From positions 5,803,102 through 5,867,101 of the forward strand of contig NW_002060944.1 in assembly GCF_000150275.1 (NCBI RefSeq): DNA of 64,000 bases, read 5' to 3'. This document shows, piece after piece, positions 38,201-52,859 of the stretch. This DNA is from Trichoplax adhaerens. Lineage: Eukaryota > Animalia > Placozoa. The position numbers were made by a program, and so were the translations under genes. The notes below the pieces were generated by a model that worked only from the letters and a program-made list of their open reading frames with translations, was not told the origin of the DNA and searched no databases. How positions within the stretch are numbered: position 1 is the first letter of the stretch; every line of letters begins with the position of its first letter.

Positions 38201-41200
38201 GATAATTAACTTTACTTAATGATAATACTGGGTTCAATTTTTAGTAATACTCGTAGCTATTTATTTTATTGTCATGCCGATAGAAATAAAAAAACAATGT
38301 TCGCAAACGGTTAATATGAAGAAAAGCTACTAAACTTTATCTCCGCTTGCCGTAATTCAATTTATATTTTAAGTAATTCATAAAAGTGCTAATACATATA
38401 ATGTAATCTAAGCAAAAGTAAAATTCTGAACATTCTCCCAATGCAAATTGTACAATACGAGTTCTACTACATCCATATAAGTGAATAGTAGCTATTTTAG
38501 ATATAATTTACTGGATGCTGAAATATCAACATTTCAAAATAGTTGCAGATGAAACCTAACAACGCAACACCAAGTCAGGGCTAACATATTATGATACGTC
38601 TAATTTCCACATTAACCCCTACTCACAGTTAATGGATAACAAAACTACACTAGCTATCATATGTTCCTTAAAACAAGATTATCTATTAAACAATAAAACT
38701 GAGCTTACATTAAATAGAGAAATGATATCGTGTGGAGCAGCATTATGCTATCTAAATCCTAGTTCTTAGAATGATAACAAAACGTAGATCATGATTGTCG
38801 TACCACTCCGTACTAAGCACTTACATAATCTATCGTATAAATAGAGAGAAACACCAAGTTAATATTGGATGTTTTACCCTCGTTCTTTCCTAAATAATCG
38901 CCTATCACCATTGTAGGAGTATCTATACATTGAGAGGATCATATGACATTAACGTGATCGCTGAGAGGAAAATTATAAGAGCGATAATAATCTACAACTT
39001 TACTCTGGGGGATTCAACTACCTCTCGTGAAACGAATAGAAGTTTATACAAAATCTATGGCCTCATTGTAGACTAGCTATAAGACCACTAAAAAAATTTC
39101 TGTAGATAATTTCAACACATCGGAAAGCGTTTGACCATAATCAATTAAATTAATTTGATAATAAATTGAATCCTTTCAGAATTTATACCTACAGTATATA
39201 CCACGATTCTAATTTCATGTTGATCAATTTAATTTTACCACCTTCATAATCATCGTGATCAAATCTTTATCCCAAACCTGTCACTAATGCTACTGTAATC
39301 TAAGCATTTAAATGCATACATGAAATCTACTTAGTACACTGTTGAATAAGATAATAATTAGACTATCAGTATTCTAATCAATATACATTTTAGCTTATAA
39401 TGACTGTAGGGAACAAATTGACTAATACACATAAACTAAACAAAAGAGTAAAATAAAGAATCAATCTGCCGGCTTTTCAAAACAAGCTTAAAAACAACGC
39501 AGAGTACCATCTGTACCACGAATATCAACAATTGATTTGTCCGTAGTGGGTTAACCACACCTTTATCTGCTATTTCTTTTAATAGTCATATTACAAAAAT
39601 TTGTTTCGCTCCAATGGCACCGTCTGTATTGACATTTCAAATTAACAATTGTTAATTTATTAAAATGGCAATTGAATGAAAGAAACGAATAAACCAATAA
39701 CTAATGTAATCATGCAAATCATCAACATCCAAGACGTGCCGATTACGCGCTTATACGTCGTTTGATAAACGTCATCAACGTTTACTGATACATAAGTAAC
39801 ATATTCTCATCTAATGCAATCGATATAAATTTCTTCTTATTAACTTTCTATCAGTTAATTGAATAAATCCGTAAGTTACACTGGAATCTCTGAGATACGA
39901 GTATTATAATCGATCGAAAAAAGACAAAAAGTTCATTCTGAATTTTATCCTAAACAAGTTGGCGATTATTTGTTCTTTGCAATAAACGACATTGGCAATA
40001 AAAACTCTTTCGATATATTATAGTTATGTTACCGTAATGGTTAGAACGCTGTCCAAAATCATATGTATTAAACAATTAAATCATGAATTATGCATAAGAT
40101 CACTTACGAGGAATGCAAAGTAAAAACTAGTTTCTACAATAATTGTAAGTTTTATTTTCTAGTCGTAAACATAAAGCGGCGCCGATACTATCATACTTTC
40201 ATTAATTTAAAGACGGAGAACCTATAATTATCTTTATTTTACCCTTAATGAACCATCAGTGATGACCGCAGCGTAAATAAGTTTTTCCAAATTTAATACA
40301 GTACAGTCATGGATGATTATTCTGACATGTTTAACTTACAACATCAATTTCATTTTTAAACAATGATTTCAATGAATAATGCATCGACATGCTTTTAGTA
40401 AAAATTCCTCACTGCTTTAAATTGTAATCAATATATATAGTATTACGGCACTATACTAATTCTTAACAAAGTACTAGAGATAATTTTATTTCATTCTTAG
40501 ACTTTAAAGTTATCTCTAAGGATAGGCGAATATAGTTTACATGCATAATGCACCATGTAGTATAACGTCGATATCACTTTAATTCTCTCCAAAATAAACC
40601 CTTTATTAATGATGAATTACGAAAGAAAGATGTAGCTATCATATCATCAACATTTGTATAGATTGATAAATAATTATAAATATTACTCTTAATTAACTTG
40701 AATAACCTTAGCATAAACACACGACTCATCTATATAATTTCCATACTTATTTTAATGATATCTTAATGATGGCTGGCTGTCGGTCAGAAGCTACATTTTT
40801 ATACTACTAGATGTAATAATTGATATTTTTACTTGTAGATTTATCAGTAGCAACTTGATTTTATAGTTTCTATTATGCTTTTATGACTACTGGTGTAGCA
40901 ATTCTATTCTTTCGATATTGTTACAAATTAAATTTGAAATGATTATATAATCTAATGTTTTACTTAGATTATTTGTGACTATCCTAGTGCTATTCTTTAA
41001 TGTAGATCATAGTTTGCAGTAGCTTATATACAATCTGGATTAACTGACTAAGACACAGTAGAAGGAGTATTAATGCTTACATTTTAGTTGCGGTACTGAA
41101 TACTATAGATTTCTCTCGAAAGGGCAAGAAAAAATGTTTTCGAGTTATCTCTGTCGCATGCATACTTTAATCATGGTACACAAGCAGCACACTATTTGCA

Positions 41201-42834
41201 TATATGCCATAATCTATATTAAAGAAATACCGGATCAACATCTAATAAGATTTCTATATCATAGTCATTCCACGAATATCAATTTGTTTTGTTTGTTTTC
41301 TATTCTCTGTTACCGAATTTTACACATAGTTGTTAATCAGTAATTATACGCTAGTGAACTATTTTTTAGAACTTTTAGAATATGCATACTAATACATATG
41401 CACTTCATACGATATCGGTATCATCTCTACGTTAAAGTATACAATTTGGAGTTTACTTTAGGTATTTGATTAGAGATTCAAGCTGCCTAGTCCTATAATT
41501 TATACAATGAAGATAATCGATACTATTCTACTATATGTGTTAGAAAACTAAACTAGTTTTAATATTTAAGCTGCGTATCATGTAATACGAGTAGAACGCA
41601 AAATTTCAAAATAAAAGGCTATCGCTATTGTACATCGATATTAACCACTTTTACCTGCACAAGAATTTATGCAGTACCTATTAGTTGTCTATTTATACAT
41701 ACAGCTTGATAGAATTACATTGATGGTTCCCTTTCAATTTATGAATTTATTAAAAGCATAAGCTATGTAACCGTATACATCCTACTCAATATAGGTGCTT
41801 CCGTGTTTAAATAAAGTGCATGCATTGTCTGCTGATCAACTCATTGTAAGTGTGTATAACAGTTGTTTATATGTATTGGTGTAGTGCTAGGGTTTTACAA
41901 CCCCTTAGGTTCGCAATCGTTTAACTCAAAATCTGAGTTATTAAAATTGAGTAAATCTCTAACGTAACATAAGACCATTATACACACATAGTACGAATAG
42001 TATAAGTTCACTGTTTAATCATCAGCAATCATGAAATTACCTTATAAGCATAATAGACTATTCTACTTCTTAATACTACCGTACTTCAATTATTACTGTA
42101 ATTAGCTAAAACTACTACAATTGGATTGAAAATGTGATAGAATATGAAAGCGAGGAAGATTGTGCCATTATAAAACTATCTTTGCTCAATGTTACTATAA
42201 TAGCGAAAAATTTATAATAATAACTATAATAATTAAAAGAGCTCAAAGACGATAAGTGACCCATTAAAGTACTGATCTATTCGATGGCAGAATGGGCAAT
42301 ATCAAAAAGCGCAATCTTTTCAGGTTATTGCACAATATTCAATTGGAAACTTTTTACAGGCTGGTTGTTTATACCGTTTATAATAAAGAAGACAGGAATA
42401 TAATATAGTATACCCTGTTGCATAGTTTAATAAACGTGTATTCCCTTCTTCTAACTTCACTATTTAACGCGCATAGTCATGTACTCCTACAATGGCTATT
42501 GAAGAAGCTATCTAGTTCATCAATAGCAACCCTAGAGTAAGCAGAGTTGCATCTTACTGGCGATTCTTCTTTTACTGATGTACTTGACAGTAGCGACAGA
42601 ATACATGGGCAATGTTACACTAAGATATTGGACAAGGCTCGAGGAAGCATCGCATTGTATAGTAGTTAAGCACGCATACGTTGATCATTATATTATTTGC
42701 GATATTAGCCTTCAGCATTTCCTGTCCTAACATATTGTTGGTACAGTATCCGTACCATCGCAATCGATTTCAAAACCTTACACAACGCCTTCGTTAACCA
42801 AAATTTAAATTTCAAAAAATCAGGATCAAACTCC

Positions 42835-43200
42835 GTTCTATTCTCCATTTTTTTCCCCACATTTTGTTTTTAGCATGGCATTTGGCAAAGATCTGTGAAG
42901 TTGTATTGCAATTCCAGTAGCATATATTCAATATCTAGTCGGATCACTACAAGTCCATATCTGACATCAGTAACTAACGAGAGCGATTCTCTATGACCTC
43001 TTTCGCCGGCTATTCATTACCGGTCTATTCCCTAAATTTTCTCCGCATTTTGTTTGGCAAAGATCTGTGAAGTTGTATTGCAATTCCAGTAGCATATCCG
43101 ATATCCCTGATGTCTAGTCGGATCACTACAAGTCCATGTCTGATTTCAGTAACTAATTGATAGTCATTACTGTACGACCCTCTTTCACTGGCTATTCCTA
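42835..43200. repeat. Direct tandem duplication, 2 x ~172-185 bp, upstream of the dynein IC promoter
   Basis: 'tttggcaaagatctgtgaagttgtattgcaattccagtagcatat...tctagtcggatcactacaagtccat' at ~42881 and ~43053. Confidence 0.93.
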
Positions 43201-43399
43201 TCCTCTACAAGTATACAGTACACTCCACTGTCCACCATTGTCGTCCAAAGAGACGCTTTCAGTGGTAGCATGTGTTATGTATATATATATAAGAATACAA
43301 TAACCTGTTGTACTGCACCCCTAATATGTTGTAACAGATAAGTTAGTAAATGCAGTAAATCCTAAATAAAAAGTGATTTCTAGTAAGCCTACTAGGTGA

Positions 43400-44567
43400 A
43401 GTATATCAAAGTCCCTCGTGCCAACAGGAACAACTAAGCGTGGAAACACAACGGCATGGACTAGAATAACTTGTCAAGTGATAAGCCTGTAAACATTTTT
43501 AGGCCACTGAACGCTCATTTGACGACATTCTCTAACCAAATCTTTGTCAGGTCTAGTATCGACCATTACTATTCGACATTTTGAGAGCATTTTTCTATTT
43601 TCTATCTCTACAAGCTTGGTCTATGGCCATTGGCCATATGTTGCGCTACAATAGACAATCACACCTGACCATCATTGTTGGCTCAACATTAGACAGCTTT
43701 CCGCGTCCCCCCTACTCTTCTAGCTGGCGATCTACAGTACAGTGTACAGTACACCACTGACTCTTGACGACTGTACACTGTAGAGTACTGTCCTGTATTT
43801 AGCCTAGGGCGACGCGCAGGCGTAAAAAATCTGCAGTACAACTGCTCAATACATAGTACGGTGGTAGTAGAATACACTGTGTAAGCGGAAACAGCAGTTC
43901 TATTCTACCAGGCCGTACTGGCCCTGTCTATGCCTACAGTATACCAATGTCGTACTGTGAGTGTTGGCAAGTGAAAAAGATGGTTGGGACCAAAGACATG
44001 ACGATCTAGCCCATCATGGCTAGTATGGATTGACAGACTGATTACGGTACACAGAGAAATGAGATTTCTATCTCTCGATGGGTAAAAGAAACTTTAATCA
44101 AGGAAAATAAGCGAGAGAAACACACTCAAAAACGGCCAACAACCAACTCGTCCAACCTGAATCGTTTTCTAGCACACGGATCGGATTGATAGACAGACAG
44201 ATCGCTAAGGTGAATCGCAAAGTGTGCCAACTGTATATACACTGTCCATGGGCTGGTGGCGTGTTGTAGGATACAGTATGGATGTTATAGGCAGCTATAG
44301 TATTGAGTATGAAAAAGCAACAACGAGGCCCGGGGCATTTCGCACCCCCCCCAAGGAGACGGACTAGCGTCCAGCTAATAGTAGCGTTAAACGACTGTTT
44401 GATGACAGACTCAACTGGCTATAGTGTATCAATTGGATCCTATCCAGTTGCCGGCGCTTGGAGACCAGTGGTGGAGAATTGGGGGAAGACGTACAGTATA
44501 GAAGCTGTTGCTGGAGGCCCCCCCCCTCCTATTCGTGCCTGTGTCAAACCTATACACCAGTGATAAA
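43400..44567 (+). promoter_or_regulatory. GC-richer promoter/5' region of dynein intermediate chain gene
   Basis: GC and CpG rise clearly above the flanks. Contains dense TACAGT/ACTGTA motifs (43733-43960) and a 17-bp palindrome TATGGCCATTGGCCATA (43622-43638). Confidence 0.55.
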
Positions 44568-47500
44568 ATGTCGGACAGACGAGCCGAGTTGGAAAGAAAA
44601 CGAAAACGCCTAGAAGAGATACGTAAAGCTCGTGAAGAGAAAGCAAAATTAAAAACTGAGGTAACTGGATAAAGATTAAGATGATGATTGAGTAGAAATA
44701 TTGAATTGCTATCATCAGTATGGCAAGATTGGCTGTGCAAACGTTAGGAAAATGCTTGGTGACGCTGATGTGAGCGATATGGCGGATCGTATCCAATTGG
44801 AGTATTTCTCTTACTCATTGGTTAAAATCAATGATAGGACAAGCAGCTGGATTTTATTCCATGCAAGGATATCAGATTGACCACTTTTACTAGCGACTCT
44901 TGTGTACCATTTGAATATCAGTTCTCTTGTATAGAAATGGACCACAAATAGCTCAACTCCAATCATCCATAGACAATTTCTACTTGTGAAATTCCCATAT
45001 GTGTGTGTGTGTGTGTGTGTGTAAATTGTATACGACTTGCAAGTAAAATCTTTGATCATGATTGTGATAATATTTGCATGCCAACATGAATCATTCATGA
45101 TATCCTAGAAAATTGCAATACCGTCGGAGAGTATCGTATCGATCGTCATCAAAGAAGAACCTGTTGGTCAAGGTTGATGTAGACGTGTATGGCGAAGGAA
45201 AGCGGCTTCACTGATACATCAACGCCTCATCGAGTGCTATATTAACCTACCATTGTTAACGATCGATGCAATTATGGAATGCGCTTTATCCATTTTCTTA
45301 AATCTCCATTCAATTCGGTCTATAGTAGTGCTTAACACCAGAATAAAAACTTAACATGTCAAGATACGTCGACCGATTCGTGACAACCGATAGTATACCA
45401 TAAACTACGATACTATAAAAATCAGTAAAACACAAATCTGTAATGGTGATTGCTCCACCAATGAATTATTAACTATCAAACACTGCCAAAAAACAACTGC
45501 TGAAGTATCTCTCGCTTTGGCTTATTCTAGCGTAAACATCGATAAGATGAATAACTGTCGTTATCGGCTAATTTGACAGTTTTATTGATGCATTGATTAA
45601 TACTATTGCAGTAGCAACTAATCTACGTAAATATTAGTCAAATTGTCTTACTTTATTTTTGATATTATTCTGGCCCTTTAGAAAAGCTCGACGACCGAAT
45701 CCAAGCCTGTAACAGCAACAACTGATAATGGAACAAACGATAGCCAAGATGGTGATAATAAATTACAACGTGTCAGTAGCGATTTAGAGAAGAAAAGACT
45801 GGATACCGACAATCTCTTAAAGGGTATCGATGAGGAATTAGTTAAACGTAAGTATCATGCTTTATACTAGGAACAACTACCTACCTACCCCGCCTACATA
45901 CATTATACTGTATATGAAATCGAACAATTTAACCTGAAATATCCTTCTCTTTCTAATCCTATGATTTATATCTTCTCTCCTATAGCGGCTTCCACTGCTC
46001 GAATTAGGTTAGCTATTAGAATAGGATGAGAGTTGTAATGATTCACCTGCTGCTATTGCTGTCTTCTAATTCTAAATAGTTACGATAAATATCATCATTG
46101 CTCTATTCAACGTTATAACATGCAGCTATTTGATTCTCTCTCTCTTCTTAAAACTGATAGAAAAGTATTACGGAAAGATTTGAAACTTGGAATATCCCAA
46201 GTGTCTACGACCAGCCTAGCACCAAAGGTCGGTAATTTAGCCAATCTACGATACTAGTGTCAATAATATCAACATTTATAACTATTTTTCAAGCATGTTA
46301 TTTCTACAAATTATATTATTCTTAGGAAGTTGTAGCGTATAGCAAAGAAACTCAAACGCCAGTGCCTGAACCATCAGGTTGATAGACGAAACAACCCAAG
46401 AATGAACTTTTGACATGAATACTCACATGTTCTACTATGTTTTGCCTAGATGATGAAGAAGCCAACCAAGTAGAGACTGATAATAAATCCAAAGAAAATG
46501 CTGATAATAATGAAGAGGAGGACAATAAAGAAATTGAAGATGAAGGTATCTCCCATAATCATTTACCGAAAATATTCGATGAAACAAAAGTTAATGTAGA
46601 GTTAATACTCAAACAACTATATTAGATATACCTCCTAAACTTCCTGAATTATCAGAAGAAGAAAAGAAGCTTATTCTTAATTCTCAAGATTTTACAAAGT
46701 TTTTCCTTCGAGCAACTACTATCGTAGAACGAGCAATTACTGAAGATGTTGATATATTTGTGGATTATACTGGAGGAGATGATGAAGATAAAGAAGGGTA
46801 TTCTAATTATATTAATTCTATAATAAACTTTTTCTTTCATTCACAATTATGCTTTCGTCGTTCTATTGAATAAGATTATCTGCCAACTAGTTAAACTGTA
46901 CCTATTTTTTATATAGAATGGCTTCTGATAGAGATCGAGTAACGTTGGGTCGGCAGTTTTTTGATGACCATTGGTCCAGACATAGGACTGTTACTTGTAT
47001 AGACTGGTCTCCAAATGTATGCATACGCTTACATCTTCGCTATATCATTGTACAACCTTTTTTAACATGGGATATTATATAATTTTTGTGTCAGTTTTCT
47101 GAGCTAATTGCTGCCGCCTATAATCAAAATGAAGAAGCCCCTCATGAACCAGATGGCATAGTATTGGTATGGAATATGAAATTTGCTAAGAAAGAAACAC
47201 CTGAGTTTATCTTTCGGTGCCAGGTAATAAATTTATCTCTTATAAAGACATAATCTGGGATGATGTATTATTCTTAGTATTTACATTTCATCTGAACGAT
47301 CCAATTGTAGTCTTCTGTCATGTCTGTCGCCTTTTCTCAATTCCATCCCAATATTGTTATTGGCGGTACTCACTCTGGTCAAGTGGTACTGTGGGATAGT
47401 AGAAGCTACAAGCGAACACCTGTCCAACGTACCCCATTATCTGCTGCTGCTCATACGGTATACCATTATAAAGATAAGAAATTAAATAACCACCTACCTA

Positions 47501-48877
47501 ACTAAATGATTTTTTTCCAGCATCCTGTCTTTTGCATTGATGTCTTGGGAACTCAAAATGCTAATAACTTAATATCTATATGTAATGATGGTAAACTTTG
47601 TTCATGGAGCTTAGATATGCTATCACAACCTCAGGTAAAATATAAAAATACAATTTTTTTCCAATTTCACTCGGTCTTTACACAACTAATGTCAAATCCC
47701 ACTTCAGGATACAATGGAACTGCAATATAAACAAAAGGTCGTTCCTGTAAATTGCATGGCTTTCCCTACCAATGATGTCAATAATTTTATCGTTGGTAGT
47801 GAGGAGGGCACCGTATACTCTGGAAGTCGTCATGGAAAGTATGTTAAACAATCTAATTGACTCTATTAGATAAAAATTTAGACGTTTACTGAGATCTCTT
47901 TGTAATTACCGATATTCAGTAAAGCAGGAATCAACGAAGCTTTTGAAAGTCATCAAGCCCCGGTAGCAGCAATTAGTACACATCACGCTAATACTCAGGT
48001 TAGTAACTACTCAATGCACATACTTTAAAATAAATGCAACTTACAGTCTGTACAAGAAAGTTATCTCAGTGTCGTGTAAAACATTTTATTTTGACTTAGG
48101 TTGACTTTACACATTTATTCCTAACGTCTTCGTTCGATTGGTCTGTTAAATTGTGGACACAAAAGGTAAAATCTATTTTTTTCTTTATTTAAATAGTTAT
48201 CCCTTTCCATTTACCATACGTTTGCTAACATTGTATATACATTATATCGTGCAGGCGACAAGACCTTTACATTCGTTTGAAGGCTATAGTGATTACGTCT
48301 ATGACGTTAAATGGTCCCCTATCCACCCAGCAGTATTTGCATCCGCAGATGGTTCTGGCCGATTGGACCTATGGAACATCAACAAGGATACTGAGGTTTT
48401 ATTGAAATTGGATAAATTCACAATTTGTTAGTTATTATCAAATAATCACCAACAATAGCAAATACTATCTCTTTGCACTATCGTTTAGGTGTCCAAATAC
48501 AGTGAAGTAATTACAAACAATATCGCATTAAATTGCTTGAAATGGTCGCAATCAGGCAATCAGCTGGTTGCTGGAGACGCTGACGGCAAAGTATATGTAT
48601 ATAACGTCGGCGAGGTTGGTATAGTAAAAAATTTGATGTTTTGTTGCACTAGAGTCAAATATTGCATGTATATTGGTACTACTTCCCTGATTTGTATTAA
48701 TTGTTGATGATTCTCTAACCGATATGTTATTACTGAATGCAGAACCTTGCATTGCCGTTACCGGACGAAAGCAGTCGATTGGCTGCGACAATACAAGAAC
48801 TGCAAATAAATTCTGCCCCAGTATCCGATGGCCAGCAACAAAATCAACTCAATCTAAGAGGATCTTCTATTCGATAA
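44568..48877 (+). CDS. DYNC1I2: Cytoplasmic dynein 1 intermediate chain (WD40), ~17 exons
   Basis: Exon 1, 44568-44660: [25 protein letters not shown] (p150Glued/NudE-binding helix). Light-chain sites [26 protein letters not shown] (Tctex1 and LC8 TQT) and [29 protein letters not shown] (Roadblock region). WD repeats [45 protein letters not shown] and [28 protein letters not shown]. Stop TAA ends at 48877. Probably a single pro-ortholog of DYNC1I1/2. Confidence 0.96.
44999..45022. repeat. (TG)n microsatellite in dynein IC intron 1
   Basis: Continuous gtgtgt... run at ~45000-45022. Confidence 0.9.
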
Positions 48878-49303
48878 ATGTAGTTAATAAATATTTTATT
48901 ATCTTACTTCTTTTCCTGGTACTGTATTATTTTTTCCTTCCCTGCAAAAACGCAGTAATATTGCTATATAATAAATATTAAAAGTTGATTAGCTTTTTAT
49001 CACTACTTGCTATATGGATGTATACTGAAGTAGCTGAAAGTTGTTTCATGTTAAAATGGAGTAAGAATATACTCTACTGCTGACTGAGTGTTCAGAATGT
49101 TTAATCCAAACTTTGATTGCTAAATTATTGTAAACTTTTTATGTAGCAATGCAATATAGAAAAATTCGTTCTATTTAGCAAAATTACGTAATCTGTATAA
49201 TCTGTCTTATTTTTGGTGTTAATTCCGATTTGCGTTATAAGTAAAATTCTTTGTTTTATTTAAATTATCATTTTCTTGTTACTAGTACAGTAAGCATAAT
49301 TTT

Positions 49304-52300
49304 TTATATTGAGGAGAAACAGAGTGATGCATTTGTTCCGCCAAATCCGAAAGAATTTGTAAGAGCTACCAAGCTCTCATTATTAGCAGTCAATTCTTGT
49401 GCTTGTAAAGGGACATAATTTAAATCAAAATCCTTTTCAGGATGTAGATTGTGTAAATTAAGTGTTGGGGGTGCAATACTCTAAAAATTTGAATACAACG
49501 CCAAATTACTGATTGCAATTCAATACGTGTACATTAAGAATGAAATAGTGTCTACTCACATGTTTTATTGCTAAGATAGTAAAGATGGCTTCAACCGCAC
49601 CAGCAGCTCCAAGCAAATGACCTATAGATCCTACAGTATACAAGATAAATATTTAGTTAAAAGTACACAGTGTACGGAAAATGGTTACGATACCGCACAT
49701 TTCTATAGATTGCAAACCTTTATTTGATGATACTTTAAGAGCTTTAGAGTTGCTACCAAATAAAGATTTAATAGCTTTATTTTCAATAGCATCACCTAAA
49801 GTGAGATAAAAGTTCTGAAGTTTATTGCATGATCCTAAATGGCTAAGTATTCTATTGTGATAACATACCAACTGGAGTTGATGTTGCATGCGCATTGATA
49901 TATTTAACTTTATTAATATTTATGGAAGCTTCCCGCAATGCCCTTTCCATGCAAAGTAGAGCTCCTTTCCCATCAGGTCTTCCGGATGTTATATGAAAGG
50001 CATCACCAGATAAGCCGTAACCAAGAATTTCCGCGTAAATATTCGCATTTCTTTTCTTAGCATGAGAATATTCCTATAACAGGTAAGAATACTTTCATTG
50101 CACCATTACGTAAATCTGTTATACACACTACACTAAGACGCTTAATAATTTATATTATAAAATTACCTCTAAGACTAAAATTCCTGCTCCTTCGCCCATA
50201 ACAAAACCATCTCTATCTCTATCAAAAGGTCTTGAAGCAGCTGATGGACAATTATTGTATTTTGTCGATAAAGCACGAGCACTGTGGCGATAATTTAATA
50301 GTAGGATTAGTGAGTGCAAGAGATAAAATAGACACTAAATAGGTTATACCGTAATTAACAATTGCGAACTACGTGTATACAAGCTAAATTCTAATATGTA
50401 ACCGGCAAAATCCAGCTATTGAAAGGGGCGAAATTGAAGCTTCTGAACCACCAGCAACAATTACGTCAGCATCTCCATATTTAATGAACCTAAAACCATC
50501 ACCAATGGCATGTGCTCCCGTTGTACAAGCAGTTGATACTGCATGATTTGGACCCTAATATAGTAATCTCTTAATCCAGTTCCTAAATTAAATCTCTAAT
50601 TTTTCATAGCTACCTGAAATCCGAATTTCATGCTAACATGTCCAGCCGCCATATTAATAAGGATTCTTGGTACAAAGTATGGACTAACTTTTCTGTACCC
50701 CTAAAGAAAATGAATCAACATATACAATTGAAGCGTTATAGACCTACGGTATTGAATCACTGCTAACTAAATTATCAACAAACCAATTTTGAATATGAAA
50801 AATCTTGGGATATTTTTGCAAACCTGAGTATTTAATAAGCTACTGGTATTAGAAATATCGTCTAAACCTGCCATACCAGTGCCGATACAGACACCCTAGG
50901 AGATTACATCATTAAAATTATGTTTTGTATGAGTTGATGATTTAATTTATGAAATAATAATGAATTCAAGGTTAACTATTTAATTTGTGAAATAATAATT
51001 TAAGCCTAATAATTTTACCGTCCTTTCACGATCTTCTTCATTCTCTGGCATCCAATCAGCATCCTTTAAGGCCTGTTGGGCTGCAGCAATAGCGAATATC
51101 ATGCCTTCAGTCATTGTAAGTTTATCCTATTGAAATGTCAATTATATCAAGAATATAACTTTAACCTCAAAGAGTAACAACTATAAATCTAGACTATTAT
51201 CACAGAGAGATACACTTACACCACGACCAATCCAATCGTCTGCTTTAAATTGATAACTGTCTTCTCCTCTAGGTACTCTACCAACTGTAAATATAGTATA
51301 TATATATATATATACACAGATTATAGATAAATTGCAATAATTCAATCCAACATTGGATAAAGTTATATTTGTGCGTCTATCATAAGAATTTGATTTTCGC
51401 TATAACAACGTAACATACCAACTTGAGAAGGAAACGCATCAAATCCGGGCTTATCGATTGAAAAATTTACAATTCTACATTATCTCATTGTTATTCAATT
51501 TTGCATTAACATTAACCCATTTTATGAATAACTCTTACTAAGCTAGAATCGATTGAAGTTATTCCACACGCTCCATCTACTAATCGTTTCCAGGCTATTT
51601 CAGTTCCTACACCAAGAGGCGTTACCAATCCTTAAGCGTATTATCGAAAGTAATTAAAAAGAGTTATCATTTATGGTAGCATCAAAGTCATTGTATGTAA
51701 TTAATCGATGCTTATTGCATGTCTGTACGATTATATATCACCTTCGCCTGTTTTGCGACATTAATGTTTACTCGTACGTTAACCCAATGTAAAGTACAGT
51801 AGTATCACGTCAACCGCCAATTAAAAAATTATAGTAAACTATTGTAAGGTAGCTCGTATATTGTTGTTAATATCGCCATTAGTGATTTCTGACTTTAAGT
51901 GAAGAAATATACCCGTATGTACTGTAGGTCTGGAAATGTGTACGCTTTATTAACACGGTCATTTACATACTGTACAGTGCTGTAGAGTAGGTGAAATACT
52001 GATATTTGATAAATGCAGCACATACTACTTCATCAAGCTACTATTTGTAAATTGCAAGTTTAGAGTAAACCTGGATATTCTAATTTTATTGTTACGATAG
52101 ACTAGAGTTAATACACACTCCAACGGCAATCAGAGAAACCCATTCACTCCATCTGTGAACTACCTAGAGATTGTGGAGGAGTTACTGTAGCCAAAGACGA
52201 TTCCATTTCATAATTCTGCAACTGTCTGTCTAGGCATAGAGAAGGAATCTACTTGCTAGTCTTGGCGGTATACATACATTTAACCCTTGTTTGTATGGTA

Positions 52301-52560
52301 AAACAGCATAGTGTAACCAAAACTGATAACAACACTGAGTGGCATGTAAATCTTCTCCCATCATAGAGGTATTGAGTTATAGAATTTGCCTTGACATCTA
52401 GAGCAATTTACATATTAACATTCCATCGTTAGCTAACCTACCTACCTAATCCAGTTACAACAACCCTTCTGCTACTAATATTGACAGAAGTGGATAATTT
52501 CCTACCATGAAGGAGCAAACGAGTTGTATGTAATGATCCTTTCCTCAATCGCTCCATCAT
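49304..52560 (-). CDS. OXSM: Mitochondrial 3-oxoacyl-[ACP] synthase (KAS II/FabF-like), multi-exon
   Basis: Exon 1: [39 protein letters not shown] (Arg-rich presequence then RRVVVTGLG). Further motifs: [45 protein letters not shown] (catalytic Cys), [28 protein letters not shown] and [11 protein letters not shown] (catalytic His residues), and [15 protein letters not shown] before the stop at 49306-49304. Confidence 0.96.
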
Positions 52561-52859
52561 TTTAACATTTTATGAAGAATTATATTAATAATAATAATAA
52601 TGATGTCATGAATCAATTCCTTGGGTAGCCTCCACTCCAGCCGAAGTTAAAATGACGATGGCAACAGTAACTATCGCGTACTATCACTATAGTAGAAATA
52701 TACATAGGACAGTAGTATGTTCGAAACATGCAATATGGAGCATACTGTACTCTATGTATTCCTCCCCGGTTGGGTAAGGACTGCATTTTCTAGCTTGCAA
52801 AGATTTCCTATTAGGCTTTACCCCCTGCTATACGCTGTCCAATGCAGTCTATAAAATTA

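Noticed and set aside
44303-45098. Small ORFs around dynein exon 1 (44303-44563, 44429-44740, 44440-44796, 44811-45098) and 43689-43877
   Set aside because: They are by-products of GC-richer promoter DNA or antisense to the real exon, with no recognisable protein features.
49304-52560. Bacterial fabF contamination or horizontal transfer
   Set aside because: The gene has many spliceosomal introns and a mitochondrial presequence, so it is an ordinary nuclear OXSM.
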